This document shows positions 8,834 through 19,525 of a DNA stretch of 64,000 nucleotides, piece by piece. The stretch is from an uncultured Gammaproteobacteria bacterium (GTDB lineage: Bacteria > Patescibacteriota > Patescibacteriia > UBA9934). Within the stretch, counting starts at the first letter, position 1. Each line of letters starts with the position of its first letter. The stretch covers positions 4,124 through 68,123 of the forward strand of contig CAYMYA010000001.1 in NCBI GenBank assembly GCA_964394565.1, in the 5' to 3' direction. The position numbers were made by a program, and so were the translations under genes. The notes beneath the pieces were generated by a model, which saw only the letters and a list, made by a program, of their open reading frames with translations, searched no databases and had not been told where the DNA came from.

Positions 8834-8900
8834 CTTAGCTGGATAAAGCGCCTCCCTCCGAAGGAGGAGATCGTGCGTTCGAATCGCGCCAGGTGCACCA
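8824..8900 (+). tRNA. tRNA-Arg(CCG)
   Basis: Acceptor stem GCACCTG/CAGGTGC, anticodon arm CCTCC-CTCCGAA-GGAGG, T-loop GTTCGAATC, encoded CCA end. Confidence 0.95.
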
Positions 8901-8980
8901 GAGAACTTTCTTATTTTGTCGATTTTGCCTTGTGCCATCCCAAACTCGCCGAAAATAAGAAAGTTCTCTACAGTACTCTT

Positions 8981-9694
8981 ATGCCAAAACTTTCCATTGT
9001 TATTCCTGCGAAAAATGAGGAGCGATACCTTCCGAACTTGCTTCAAGAGATTGCAGAACAAACGTTTCAGCCCTTTGAAGTGATTGTTGCTGATGCTCAC
9101 TCGACAGACGGCACGCGTGATGTCGCGCAACGTTTTGGTGCACGAGTCGTGGAAGGAGGATTGCCTTCGGTTGGCCGTAATCGTGGCGCCTTGGCATCCA
9201 CGGGGGAGCTCATATTCTTTTTTGATGCAGATGTCGTATTACAAAATACAACATTTTTAGAACGGGCGGTGAAAGAGTTTGAACAGAAACACTTCGATGT
9301 TGCCACTGCCGATGTCGGGGTAGTTCATGGGACAACGTTCGATGATTTTGCACATGCGTTTTACAATATGTACGTTCGCGTGATGAATCGATTTCATCCG
9401 CACGCACCAGGATTTTGCATTTTGGTGCGGAAAACATTGCACGATGCTATTGGGGGCTTTGATGAAGGTATTGTGTTTTGCGAAGACCACGATTACGCCA
9501 TGCGTGCTTCGAAAAAGGGAACATTCGGTTTGTTGCATTCTGTTGTCGTGTATGCCACGACGCGTCGCCAAGAACGCGACGGCAGAATTTCAATGGCGAT
9601 GAAATATATTCTTGCAGAAATGCACATTCTCTTTCTTGGTCCGATCCGCCACGATAAATTTAAGTACGGATTTGGGTACGAAGAGAAGAAATAA
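8981..9694 (+). CDS. Glycosyltransferase family 2
   Basis: Motifs SIVIPAKNEE, DAHSTDGT, FFDADV and CEDHD. Confidence 0.9.
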   Translation: MPKLSIVIPAKNEERYLPNLLQEIAEQTFQPFEVIVADAHSTDGTRDVAQRFGARVVEGGLPSVGRNRGALASTGELIFFFDADVVLQNTTFLERAVKEFEQKHFDVATADVGVVHGTTFDDFAHAFYNMYVRVMNRFHPHAPGFCILVRKTLHDAIGGFDEGIVFCEDHDYAMRASKKGTFGLLHSVVVYATTRRQERDGRISMAMKYILAEMHILFLGPIRHDKFKYGFGYEEKK

Positions 9695-9717
9695 GTTGCG
9701 TGTTACAATGGGTGTGT

Positions 9718-10299
9718 ATGTCACGTCCCATTTTGGTTGAAGTCATCCCGTCGCACGTCCATCTTTCCGAAACGCATCATCGGATCCTCTTCGGCGAGCG
9801 GCATTTTGGCACGGTTCACCAGGAATTGAGTCAAACCGGGCAGTTTGCGTACACGGAAACGGTTGATGTAGTGGGGTCGAATGGGAAACAGATCGCGCTG
9901 CGCGTTCTTGGACCCACCCGAAAGACCACGCAGGTTGAGCTGACGCCAACGGAAGCGGCGCTGCTCGGGATCGATGCGCAGGTCGCGATTTCTGGGAATC
10001 TCGTCGGCGCGGCAGATTGTATACTCCGCACGACATTTGGGAGCGTAGAGGCGCAAAAGTCCGTCATTCTTCCGCAGATGCATATCCATCTTTCTGATGC
10101 AGATGCACAAACGCTGCGAGTGCATCACGGTGCAATAGCTCGTGTAGAGGTCATTGGTGGCGGTTCGCGTGTGCTCGAGAACGTTTTGATTCGTGTTCAC
10201 CCAACGTATCGAGCGCGCATGCATGTTCATGCCGACGACGCTCGCGATCTTTGGCTGCATGCGGGGACTCACGTCCGCATTCGTGATATTCAAAAGTAA
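9718..10299 (+). CDS. PduL-family phosphate acyltransferase
   Basis: Duplicated domain with HVHLS and HIHLS, plus LSQTGQFA, RVLGPTRKTTQVE, VLIRV and MHVHADDA. Confidence 0.8.
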   Translation: MSRPILVEVIPSHVHLSETHHRILFGERHFGTVHQELSQTGQFAYTETVDVVGSNGKQIALRVLGPTRKTTQVELTPTEAALLGIDAQVAISGNLVGAADCILRTTFGSVEAQKSVILPQMHIHLSDADAQTLRVHHGAIARVEVIGGGSRVLENVLIRVHPTYRARMHVHADDARDLWLHAGTHVRIRDIQK

Positions 10300-10300
10300 T

Positions 10301-11437
10301 ATGATGTATCGACTACGGCAATGTGGTTTTTCTGCCATGTTCGGTGCTGCGATCTTCTTCGGTATGGTGTCGCCAGCCCGCGCGTCGACCGTTGATCTTG
10401 CGTTGGATAGTTCCAGCATTTCTTTTTCCGAAACGACGTTGTATGCGGGTGATGAAATTCGAATTTATGCTCGGGTGAAAAATCTTGGGGACACCGATGC
10501 AAGTGCTTATGTATTGTTTTATCAGGGCGGAATGCTTGTAGGGAAATCTCAGGCGGTTTCACTTCTTGCGAATGGGAATCCGGACGACGTGTATGTTGAT
10601 TTTACTGTCCCAACGGGGAGTTTTAATATTCGCGCGGTATTGCAGGGATCCGCACCACAAGATCAAAATGTTGCGAATGATTCGACGATGACTCCATTGT
10701 ATTCGCCAGTGGTTGATGCAGATCGCGATGGCGTCGTGGACGATGATGATTCGTGTGTGCAAGATGTAAATCCTGATCAGCTCGACACGGATCGCGATGG
10801 ACTGGGAGATGTTTGCGACGGTGACGATGACGGGGATGCGACGCCAGATTCGGAGGATGCCTATCCGTTCGACGCGTCGAAGTCACAAGATGTCGCAGCG
10901 CCTGCTGCTTCAACTCCAACTCCAACTGCGTCTGCAATCACATCGAATACCGCCCCGACCGTTGTGTCGCCAGCGGTACCGAAATCAGATGATGCTGAGG
11001 CAGTGAATACCGCGGATCGTGAAGTCGCGGATGATACGACGGTCGTCGCACCTGCGGCATCGTCAACACTCACCACATCGCCACTCGCTCGGTTTTCCTG
11101 GAAGCAAACAGACTGGCGAACATATGAATTTACTCTCGCAGAGCAACCAGAAGACCATGTACAGTTTAGTTGGGATTTTGGTGACGGTGCGACAAGTGTG
11201 CAGCCACAAATTTTGCACGCATTTTCAGGCCCAGGCACATATACTGTGACACTCGCAATTGTCGACGATGCGGGGAATACATTTTCCGATGCGCAGACGT
11301 TCGATGTGACATTCTTCCATCTGGATAACCCGCAAGTTATCGCGATAATCGTGCTGCTGTTTATTGCGCTGTTTTCGTTCGGCTTTGCGTTTATTCGCCT
11401 CCGCGCATCATATGATCAAAGGACTTCTCACAAGTAA
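10301..11437 (+). CDS. Surface protein: CARDB-like Ig fold + thrombospondin type-3 repeats + PKD domain + C-terminal TM
   Basis: Signal peptide, VKNLGDTDA, repeats DADRDGVVDDDDSC and DTDRDGLGDVCD, WDFGDG...GTYTVTL, C-terminal hydrophobic helix. Confidence 0.82.
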   Translation: MMYRLRQCGFSAMFGAAIFFGMVSPARASTVDLALDSSSISFSETTLYAGDEIRIYARVKNLGDTDASAYVLFYQGGMLVGKSQAVSLLANGNPDDVYVDFTVPTGSFNIRAVLQGSAPQDQNVANDSTMTPLYSPVVDADRDGVVDDDDSCVQDVNPDQLDTDRDGLGDVCDGDDDGDATPDSEDAYPFDASKSQDVAAPAASTPTPTASAITSNTAPTVVSPAVPKSDDAEAVNTADREVADDTTVVAPAASSTLTTSPLARFSWKQTDWRTYEFTLAEQPEDHVQFSWDFGDGATSVQPQILHAFSGPGTYTVTLAIVDDAGNTFSDAQTFDVTFFHLDNPQVIAIIVLLFIALFSFGFAFIRLRASYDQRTSHK

Positions 11438-13019
11438 GACGGCGGGAGTGACGAGCGCCGCGGTGATTATTGGTGGTTTTTCGATGATTTCCCGTTTTGT
11501 CGGCGTGCTTCGTGACAATATTCTTTCAAGCATGTTTGGCGCAGGCGATGTTCTGGATGCATATACAAGCGCATTTCTCATTCCCGACACGTTGTTGCAG
11601 CTCCTCATTCTCGGTGCGTTGTCTGCGAGTTTTATTCCGATTTTCTCAAAATATTACGGAAAGGATGACGCGAAGGCGTGGAAATTTACGAGCACAATCT
11701 TGAACGTGTTTGGCATGGTATTTGCTGTTGTTTCTTTGTTTGCGATTCTCTTTGCCCCATGGTTGACGGCATGGGTGGCGCCGGGATACAGCGCAGAAAA
11801 AATGGAGATGGTGATTTCGATGAGTCGTGTATTGTGTATTGGGGAATTCTTTTTTGCGGCATCCATGGTGTTCGGGTCGGTGCTTCAAGGAACGAAACGG
11901 TTTTTTTTGTATGCCCTCGCGCCGATTGTCAATAACGTTGGTATCATTTTTGGTGCAATTGGTTTTGTGCCAATCATGGGGCCGATTGGCTTGGCATGGG
12001 GTGCGGTGTTTGGCGCTGTGCTTCATGCAACGTTGCAAGGTATCGGTGTGTACGCGCTTGGATACCGCCATACGTTTCGCATCGACTGGCGTGATCCAGA
12101 TTTGCGTACCACGAGCATACAAATGGTGCCACGCGTGCTTGGGCTTGCGGTGAACCAGCTGAATTTTGTTGCGATGGGTGCGCTCGCGACGCTTGGTGTG
12201 GTTGGGTCGGCGACGGTGCTGAAATTTGCGTATACGCTGAACTCATTTCCTATTGGGATTATCGCGATGGCTTATGCCGTCGCATCATTTCCCGCGTTGT
12301 GTGAGCGTGTTTCTGCAAAAGACATTCCGGGTTTTGTGGGCACGTTCAGCCACGCCATTCGGCAGGTATTACTTTGGATCATTCCAGCGTCCGTGATGTT
12401 TTTATTACTGCGTGCCCAACTTGTGCGACTGGCGTTTGGTCGTGGAAAGTTCGATTGGGATGCCACCGTCATGACTGCGGATACGTTGGCATTTTTTGCA
12501 CTGAGCTTTGCGGCGCAGGCGATTATTTATATTGTTGTTCGTGCGTTTTTTGCGCTCGAAGACACGCGGTCCCCGTTTATTGCAGGGGTGGTCGGAACCG
12601 TGACGAACGTGATTCTCGGTTCTTGGCTTGCGCCAATATACGGCGTTGCGGGGCTCGGCGCAGCGTTTTCGTTTTCCGCGATGCTCCAAGTGGCGCTGCT
12701 TTGGGCAATGTTGCGCCATCGTGTCGGGGTGCTTGATGAAGCGCGCATTCTGAAAACCGCTGCGCTCCTTACTATCGCTGGACTCCTTGCAGGCTTCGCA
12801 ACGCAGTGTATGAAGTATATTATTGTCGAGGTTATCTATCTCAATACCTTTATCGGCGTCTTGATTCAGACTGTTATTGCCGGTGGTGTGGGTATGATGG
12901 TGTATTTTGGTGTTGGCTTGCTTTTGCGCAATGAAGAAGTACGCATATTCATCTCTGCATTTCATCGAAAAGTTTTGCGTCAGGTACGGCCGCAAGAAAC
13001 GATTAGCCAAGATGTGTGA
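11412..13019 (+). CDS. murJ: Lipid II flippase MurJ
   Basis: SRFVGVLRD, FGAG...DAY..AF.IPD, GALSASFIP and RAFFALEDTRSP; about 14 TM. Confidence 0.93.
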   Translation: MIKGLLTSKTAGVTSAAVIIGGFSMISRFVGVLRDNILSSMFGAGDVLDAYTSAFLIPDTLLQLLILGALSASFIPIFSKYYGKDDAKAWKFTSTILNVFGMVFAVVSLFAILFAPWLTAWVAPGYSAEKMEMVISMSRVLCIGEFFFAASMVFGSVLQGTKRFFLYALAPIVNNVGIIFGAIGFVPIMGPIGLAWGAVFGAVLHATLQGIGVYALGYRHTFRIDWRDPDLRTTSIQMVPRVLGLAVNQLNFVAMGALATLGVVGSATVLKFAYTLNSFPIGIIAMAYAVASFPALCERVSAKDIPGFVGTFSHAIRQVLLWIIPASVMFLLLRAQLVRLAFGRGKFDWDATVMTADTLAFFALSFAAQAIIYIVVRAFFALEDTRSPFIAGVVGTVTNVILGSWLAPIYGVAGLGAAFSFSAMLQVALLWAMLRHRVGVLDEARILKTAALLTIAGLLAGFATQCMKYIIVEVIYLNTFIGVLIQTVIAGGVGMMVYFGVGLLLRNEEVRIFISAFHRKVLRQVRPQETISQDV

Positions 13020-13720
13020 TCCATATGACGTATGCTCAGGTTTTGCGGTATCTGCGTCGGAGCATTCTCGTGCTGGGGCTTTTTGGATCAGGCTTTGTGT
13101 TTGTCTGTTTTTCGTTGGTGCAACGTGCGTCTACGTATATTGTCCCGGCAGGTGATATCGCGCCTGCTCCGGTGGGTATTGTGCTCGGAGCGAAAGTACA
13201 GGCGAATGGCCAACCGAGTGACGTGTTACGCGATCGACTGGTGACCGCGGCAGATTTGTATCATCGTGGCATCGTACAGAAGGTTCTTCTTTCCGGCGAT
13301 AACGGGCAGGTGGAGTATGACGAAGTCAACGATATGCGCGTGTTCATGCTTGGTGCCGGTATCCCTCCGGAGGATATTTTTCTTGATCACGCAGGATTCG
13401 ATACATATGACAGCATGGTGCGAGCCCGTGAAGTGTTCGGTATCACGTCGGCAATTGTGGTGACTCAGCAGTTTCATCTGCCCCGTGCACTGTTTCTCGC
13501 GCGTTCGCAGGGCATGACAGCGTATGGCGTTGTGGCAGATCGACAGCGGTATCTTGGGATCGTCCAGCTTCGACTGCGTGAAATTCCTGCGAGTGTGAAG
13601 GCGTGGATAAACGTCCTTTTTGCGGCCGAACCCACATATCTTGGGAACAGCATTGATATCACGGGTGACGGGCGAGTGACGTGGGACGAAGATGCAAATA
13701 TTCTTGACGAAACTGAATAA
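13016..13720 (+). CDS. SanA/ElyC (DUF218) family protein
   Basis: Motifs IVLGA, LRDRL, LSGDNG, DHAGFDTYDS, TQQFHLPRA and RE. Confidence 0.88.
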   Translation: MIHMTYAQVLRYLRRSILVLGLFGSGFVFVCFSLVQRASTYIVPAGDIAPAPVGIVLGAKVQANGQPSDVLRDRLVTAADLYHRGIVQKVLLSGDNGQVEYDEVNDMRVFMLGAGIPPEDIFLDHAGFDTYDSMVRAREVFGITSAIVVTQQFHLPRALFLARSQGMTAYGVVADRQRYLGIVQLRLREIPASVKAWINVLFAAEPTYLGNSIDITGDGRVTWDEDANILDETE

Positions 13721-13761
13721 AAAGCATAGGATTCTGCCTCATTGATTGATCGCGCTGAGGT

Positions 13762-15600
13762 ATGAACATCACAAAAACTCGTGTCATTATTGCAGGAGGA
13801 TTGCTGCTTGGTATCGGTGGTTTTGCTTGGGGAATGTTCGGATCGGCGCCGACACAAACGTTTGTCACGGACGTCGTGAAGCGCGGAGACCTTCAACACA
13901 CCGTGGAAGTCACCGGTGAGCTGAAGAGTGTTACTGATCTTTCGCTTGCATTTGAAACATCCGGAACTGTTTCTGCCGTTTTCGTGGAAGCGGGCGATTC
14001 CGTGCGTGCAGGGGATGTGTTAGCTGAGCTCGGCACGAGTGAGCTTGGTGCTGCGGCGGAGCAGGCGCGACAAGGCGTTGTGGCAGCCCAAGCCGAACTC
14101 GATTTGCGTCTAACCGGCATTTCTTCGGAGGAGGAAGCTGCGGAGCGTGCAGGAGTCGCGGTTGCGGCAGCGCAGCTGAGCGCCGCATCCACAGATTTGG
14201 ATACAGCACTCCTTACAGAAGCGATGGGGAATGCGCAGGATGCCGCGACCGTCGCGTCGGCGCAATCGGACTTCGATCAAGTCGCCACGCAAAATGCGGA
14301 GGCAACCGAGCAGGCATCGGAAGGGCTTCATGCAGCGCTGAATACCGCGCTGATTATTATTCGTACAGGCCTTGAATCTGCAGACCAAGTTCTCGGCGTC
14401 GAAAACACATTGTTAAATATCGATATCGACGAATATGTCGGCATTTTAGACCGTAACACGCTCACCGATGCGACCGAAGCATTTGTGCTTGCTGCAGATG
14501 CGCGTGACGAAGCTGAAGATCTCGTGTTGGCGCTGACAGAAGACGCTCTCGAAGCCGACGTTCTTCTTGCATATGCAAATGTTTCTTCTGCGATGACGTA
14601 TACATCCAATACACTGTTGTACGTGAGTCGCGCCCTGGATGCCAGCATGAGTGATAGCGGTGACTTTTCGAATGCGGATCTTATTGCGTTGCGTGCAACC
14701 ATTGCTGCTGAACGTACAACAGTGTCTACCGGAATGACCGCCTTGCGTACCGCAAAATATACGTACGATACCGCATTGCGTCAGGCAGATGACCGATTGA
14801 CGGATGCGACGAATGCATTAGCGCTTGCAGAAGCGCAACAGCATTCTGGCGAGGCCACCCGGAGTGCGGCAGTGTTGAAGGCGGAAGCCGCGATTGCGAT
14901 ACAAACAGCAAATATGGCACGTGCAGAAGCGCTTCTCGCGCAAGTTCTTGCTGATCCGCGGGAGATTGATGTTGCGGCCCTTCGTGCGGCAGTGGCGCGC
15001 GCCGATGCCGAATACACCGCAGCACTCGCACGTCTTCGCAAGGCGCAAGTTCGTGCTCCAATTGACGGTGTGGTGACGCGTGTCGCGTTCGATATTGGTG
15101 AACAGGTGAGTGCCGGACAGGAAATGATTGGCGAAATTGCCGGCAACGATACGTACGAAATCATTCTGGATGTTCCTGAGGCAGATATCGCGAGCCTTGC
15201 CACTGGTCAGGTTGCGGACGTCACATTCGATGCGTTTGGAGATCGTGTGATGTTTAGTGGCTCGGTGTATGCGGTGGATCCCGCAGAAAAGGTTATTTCA
15301 GATGTGGTGTTTTACGAAGTGAGTGTTGTGCTGAACACGGATCAAGACGTGAGTATGTTAAAGCCGGGGATGTCTGCAAACGTGACGGTGCATACCCAAG
15401 AACGCACGGACGTGCTCTTTGTCCCAAGCCGCGCAATTTTGGAGCGTGATACCGTGCCGTATGTCCGTGTGCCAAAAAATGAACACGAGTTTGAAGAAGT
15501 TCTCGTGACGGTTGGGCTGCGAGCGGATGATGGTCTGTCAGAAATTGTGAGTGGCGTCGAAGAGGGAACAGCGGTGGTGATTTCCGTTAAAACAGAATAA
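13762..15600 (+). CDS. MacA/YknX-type efflux adaptor with a long coiled coil
   Basis: N-terminal TM, lipoyl half-motifs (VEAGDSVRAGDVLA, RAPIDGVV), long Ala-rich helices, LKPGMSA. Confidence 0.88.
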   Translation: MNITKTRVIIAGGLLLGIGGFAWGMFGSAPTQTFVTDVVKRGDLQHTVEVTGELKSVTDLSLAFETSGTVSAVFVEAGDSVRAGDVLAELGTSELGAAAEQARQGVVAAQAELDLRLTGISSEEEAAERAGVAVAAAQLSAASTDLDTALLTEAMGNAQDAATVASAQSDFDQVATQNAEATEQASEGLHAALNTALIIIRTGLESADQVLGVENTLLNIDIDEYVGILDRNTLTDATEAFVLAADARDEAEDLVLALTEDALEADVLLAYANVSSAMTYTSNTLLYVSRALDASMSDSGDFSNADLIALRATIAAERTTVSTGMTALRTAKYTYDTALRQADDRLTDATNALALAEAQQHSGEATRSAAVLKAEAAIAIQTANMARAEALLAQVLADPREIDVAALRAAVARADAEYTAALARLRKAQVRAPIDGVVTRVAFDIGEQVSAGQEMIGEIAGNDTYEIILDVPEADIASLATGQVADVTFDAFGDRVMFSGSVYAVDPAEKVISDVVFYEVSVVLNTDQDVSMLKPGMSANVTVHTQERTDVLFVPSRAILERDTVPYVRVPKNEHEFEEVLVTVGLRADDGLSEIVSGVEEGTAVVISVKTE

Positions 15601-15602
15601 CT

Positions 15603-16277
15603 ATGACAAGCGATGTCGTGATCGGCATGCGTGGCATTGCAAAGACGTATCGAAATGGAGACGTGGAAACATCTGTGTTGCGCGGCGTAAATTTAGACGT
15701 GCGACGCGGAGAATTCGTTGCGCTCATGGGGCCGTCGGGTTCCGGGAAATCAACCCTCATGCATATCATGGGGTTCTTAGATCAACCGGAAGAGGGGACG
15801 TACACGTTTCAGGGTCGCGATGTCAGCCGTTTAACGTCGGATCAGCTCGCCATGATGCGCCGGGGTGAAGTGGGCTTTGTCTTTCAGGCGTTCCATTTAC
15901 TTCCGCGGCTTACCGTGCTTGAAAATGTCATGCTTCCATTAGCGTACATGAACATTCCCATCGAGGAGCGTCGTACGCGTGCAAAAAAAGTACTTGAGGA
16001 CGTCGGATTAGCTGATCGTGTGACGTACCTGCCGAACCAACTTTCTGGTGGGCAGAAACAACGCGTTGCCATTGCACGTTCGTTGATTACAGACCCCGCG
16101 GTGATTTTTGCAGATGAACCAACGGGAAACCTCGATTCAACATCGAGTGATCAAGTGCTTGGGTTGTTGCGTGATTTGCATCAAGCCGGAAGAACGATTG
16201 TGATGGTGACGCATGAAATGGATGCCGCGGCGTATGCATCGCGCATTATCCGCATGAAGGACGGACTCGTCGCATAA
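15603..16277 (+). CDS. ABC transporter ATPase (MacB/LolD type)
   Basis: Motifs [21 protein letters not shown] and ADEPTGNLD. Confidence 0.95.
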   Translation: MTSDVVIGMRGIAKTYRNGDVETSVLRGVNLDVRRGEFVALMGPSGSGKSTLMHIMGFLDQPEEGTYTFQGRDVSRLTSDQLAMMRRGEVGFVFQAFHLLPRLTVLENVMLPLAYMNIPIEERRTRAKKVLEDVGLADRVTYLPNQLSGGQKQRVAIARSLITDPAVIFADEPTGNLDSTSSDQVLGLLRDLHQAGRTIVMVTHEMDAAAYASRIIRMKDGLVA

Positions 16278-16278
16278 T

Positions 16279-17511
16279 ATGAAAATACAAGATGTACTCA
16301 CAGCATCCGTCGATTCAATTCGGAGAAACACGTCGCGCTCATTGTTGACGGTGCTTGGGATTGTGATTGGTATCGCGGCGGTGATTTTAATGTTGTCCAT
16401 TGGTCAGGGCGCACAGGGGTACGTGCTCAGTCAGGTTGCTGATTTGGGAAGCGATCAAATTTTTGTAGAATCGGGTTCTGGTGATACGACAAGTGGGCCG
16501 CCGAGCCCGTTTACGGCGCAAACGCTCACGCTCGATGACGTGAAAGAGCTCCGGCATCGTGGGCCATTCTCCTTTGTGTCCGCAACGGTTCTTTCAACGG
16601 GTTCGGTGCAAGCGGAAGAGGAGAGTATTTTTGTTGACCTCGCTGGAGTCGATGAACATCAGCTCTCTGTTTTTCCCGCAGAAGTTATTGCTGGGCGATT
16701 TTTAGATGAGTCTGATGTGAATGCATACGCGAATGTTGCGGTATTAGGGTATGACATCGCGGAGAATATTTTTGGTGAACAGGATCCTGTAGGAGAACGT
16801 GTGAAGGTGAAGGGTAAGGGGTATCGTGTGGTTGGCGTGATGGAACCGCAGGGGAGTAAGTTTTTCTCGAATCTGGATAACCGAGTGTATTTGCCGGTAA
16901 CCACAATGCAACGGGAAATTTTGGGAGATGATTATGTGAATTTTATAGCCATGCGAGCCATAGGAGACCTCGACGATGCAAAGGAAGAGGCGCGGTGGAT
17001 TTTGCGTGACACGCACAATATTGATAATCCGAACGGCGAGCTTGCGAAGGATGACTTTGCAATCACCAGTCAGCAAGATGCCGTCGATATCATTGGATCT
17101 GTTGGGTTTGCACTTACCCTACTTCTCGCTGCTATTGCAGCAATTTCCCTGGTGGTTGGCGGCATTGGCATCATGAACATCATGCTCGTGTCCGTTACGG
17201 AACGCACGCGGGAAATTGGGTTGCGAAAGGCAATTGGTGCGACGGAACAGGATATTTTGAAACAGTTTTTAGCAGAAGCGATTATTCTGACTATCGGCGG
17301 CGGTTTACTTGGGGTATTTGTAGGTATTGCAGGCTCGGTCCTTATAGGATTTGTACTGATGCAAGTTGTGGATGGGTGGGTCTTGATCATTCCGCCTTCC
17401 GCCGTGTTCCTCGCTTTTGCTGTTTCTTCAATCGTCGGGTTGGTATTCGGTATCTACCCCGCAAAACGTGCCGCAAAACTCGATCCAATTGAAGCGTTGC
17501 GGTACGAGTAA
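16279..17511 (+). CDS. ABC transporter permease (MacB/FtsX type)
   Basis: Motifs LLTVLGIVIG, GGIGIMNIMLVSVTERTREIG and PIEALRYE. Confidence 0.95.
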   Translation: MKIQDVLTASVDSIRRNTSRSLLTVLGIVIGIAAVILMLSIGQGAQGYVLSQVADLGSDQIFVESGSGDTTSGPPSPFTAQTLTLDDVKELRHRGPFSFVSATVLSTGSVQAEEESIFVDLAGVDEHQLSVFPAEVIAGRFLDESDVNAYANVAVLGYDIAENIFGEQDPVGERVKVKGKGYRVVGVMEPQGSKFFSNLDNRVYLPVTTMQREILGDDYVNFIAMRAIGDLDDAKEEARWILRDTHNIDNPNGELAKDDFAITSQQDAVDIIGSVGFALTLLLAAIAAISLVVGGIGIMNIMLVSVTERTREIGLRKAIGATEQDILKQFLAEAIILTIGGGLLGVFVGIAGSVLIGFVLMQVVDGWVLIIPPSAVFLAFAVSSIVGLVFGIYPAKRAAKLDPIEALRYE

Positions 17512-17573
17512 CAGGATAAACAGTACGTTTTGGCAACATCGGGGGAATCGGTTACACTCCTTGCATTCCTTCT

Positions 17574-19457
17574 ATGCTTTCTACAAACGATATTCGTCAA
17601 AAGTACCTTGAGTTTTTCCAGCAGCACGGCCACGTCGTCGTACCATCGTCGTCGCTCGTGCCAGAGAACGATCCCACGACACTCTTCACTGGCTCTGGCA
17701 TGCAGCCGATGATTTCGTATTTACTCGGTGAGCCACACCCTGCGGGAACGCGCATCGCGGACAGCCAGAAGTGTTTTCGTTCTGGAGATATTGAAGAAGT
17801 TGGCGACAATCGTCACACGACGTTCTTCGAGATGCTCGGGAACTGGAGCTTGGGCGATTACTTTAAGAGCGAACAGATCCCGTGGATGTATGAGTTCTTG
17901 ACGAGTGAGTTAAAACTCGACCCGAAACATTTGTACGTCACAGTGTTCCGTGGAAGCCCGGAGATTGCCGTTGCTCGTGATGACGAAGCGATTGCGCTCT
18001 GGACGAAATGCTTCGCAACCGCGGGCATCGATGCGAAGCTCGTCGAGAATGCCGAGGTTGGCGGAATACAAGGCGGACGAATTTTCTCGTATCCAGAAAA
18101 GAAAAATTGGTGGAGCCGTGCTGGCGTTCCGGGAAACATGCCTGTTGGTGAGCCCGGTGGGCCAGATACGGAAATGTTTTGGGATTTTGGGGAAGCGTTG
18201 GGTTTGCACGAATCGTCACCGTTCGCAGACCCCGTTTGCCATGTGAATTGTGACTGCGGACGATTCCTCGAAATAGGGAACAACGTGTTCATGCAATATA
18301 AGAAAACGGCAGATGGATTCGTTGAACTCCCTCAGCGTAATGTGGATTTTGGCGGCGGTCTCGAGCGTCTTGCTGCGGCAGCGAACAATGATCCTGATGT
18401 TTTTACGATCGATGTATTCACTCCATTTTTCGATGGAGTAAAGAACAGCTTTGGTTGGGATTATAAAACTGCGACTCCAGAAATGCAGAAAACCCTTCGT
18501 ATTATCGCTGATCATTTACGTGCGAGTATTTTCTTGATCGGTGATGGGATTCTTCCTACGAATAAGGATCAGGGATACTTTGTGCGCCGCTTACTTCGAC
18601 GTGCCATTCTTCGTTCGTGGAAATTGGGTCGCGGTTCATCGAATCTTTATCCATTAGTTCGAGCCTTTACGACAGTATATGCAGACGCTTACCCATATTT
18701 GTTAGAAAAGACAAAAGAAATTCAAACAATCGTCGAAACTGAAGAGACAAAGTTTGCGAAGACGATTGAGCAGGGTCTTCGTGAGCTGAAGAAGATTGTT
18801 GATCGCGGAAATGGCGTGACAGGAACGGATGCATTTAATTTGTATCAATCGTACGGCTTTCCACTGGAGTTGACCACGGAGGAATTGGAACGGTCGCACA
18901 ATCTCAAAATCGATGCAGATCAGTTCGCGGCTGATTTCAAAAAACATCAAGACTTGTCGCGTGCAGGAAGCGAGCAAAAGTTTGCTGGAGGACTTGCGGA
19001 TCATTCGGTAGAAACGACGAAGTTGCACACGGCCACGCATTTGCTGCACCAGGCGCTCCGCATGGTGTTAGGTGATCACGTCGCGCAAAAAGGAAGCAAC
19101 ATCACGGCAGAACGGTTGCGGTTTGATTTTTCACATGGCGAGAAAATGACGTCAGAGCAGTTGGTCGAGGTTGAAAAAATTATAAACGAGCAGATTGCAA
19201 AAGATCTTCCAGTCTCGTTTGATATGTTGACGGTTGAGGAGGCGAAGGCGCGGGGTGCTATCGGGCTTTTTGAAGATAAGTACGCGCAGGTTGGCGATAA
19301 GATCAAAGTGTATTCGGTTGGCGATTTTAGTAAGGAAATTTGTGGCGGTCCGCACGTGGAGCACACGGGGGAGCTGGGAGGAATCACGATTGTGAAGGAA
19401 GAAGCCGTTTCCGCTGGTGTGCGGCGAATCAAGGCTGTGCTTGGGAAACGGGTGTAA
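17574..19457 (+). CDS. alaS: Alanine--tRNA ligase, short form without the C-Ala domain
   Basis: HTTFFEMLGNWS, editing motifs HTATHLL and CGGPH; ends just after SAGVRRIKA. Confidence 0.95.
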   Translation: MLSTNDIRQKYLEFFQQHGHVVVPSSSLVPENDPTTLFTGSGMQPMISYLLGEPHPAGTRIADSQKCFRSGDIEEVGDNRHTTFFEMLGNWSLGDYFKSEQIPWMYEFLTSELKLDPKHLYVTVFRGSPEIAVARDDEAIALWTKCFATAGIDAKLVENAEVGGIQGGRIFSYPEKKNWWSRAGVPGNMPVGEPGGPDTEMFWDFGEALGLHESSPFADPVCHVNCDCGRFLEIGNNVFMQYKKTADGFVELPQRNVDFGGGLERLAAAANNDPDVFTIDVFTPFFDGVKNSFGWDYKTATPEMQKTLRIIADHLRASIFLIGDGILPTNKDQGYFVRRLLRRAILRSWKLGRGSSNLYPLVRAFTTVYADAYPYLLEKTKEIQTIVETEETKFAKTIEQGLRELKKIVDRGNGVTGTDAFNLYQSYGFPLELTTEELERSHNLKIDADQFAADFKKHQDLSRAGSEQKFAGGLADHSVETTKLHTATHLLHQALRMVLGDHVAQKGSNITAERLRFDFSHGEKMTSEQLVEVEKIINEQIAKDLPVSFDMLTVEEAKARGAIGLFEDKYAQVGDKIKVYSVGDFSKEICGGPHVEHTGELGGITIVKEEAVSAGVRRIKAVLGKRV

Positions 19458-19478
19458 ATGATCATTATAGAAAGTGCT

Positions 19479-19511
19479 ACGGCCGGCCACCTGGGGAAGG
19501 TGGCCGGCCGT
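19479..19511. terminator. Perfect 14-bp GC-rich hairpin between alaS and a convergent small ORF
   Basis: ACGGCCGGCCACCT-GGGGA-AGGTGGCCGGCCGT. Confidence 0.7.
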
Positions 19512-19525
19512 TCGTGAGCGGGGGG

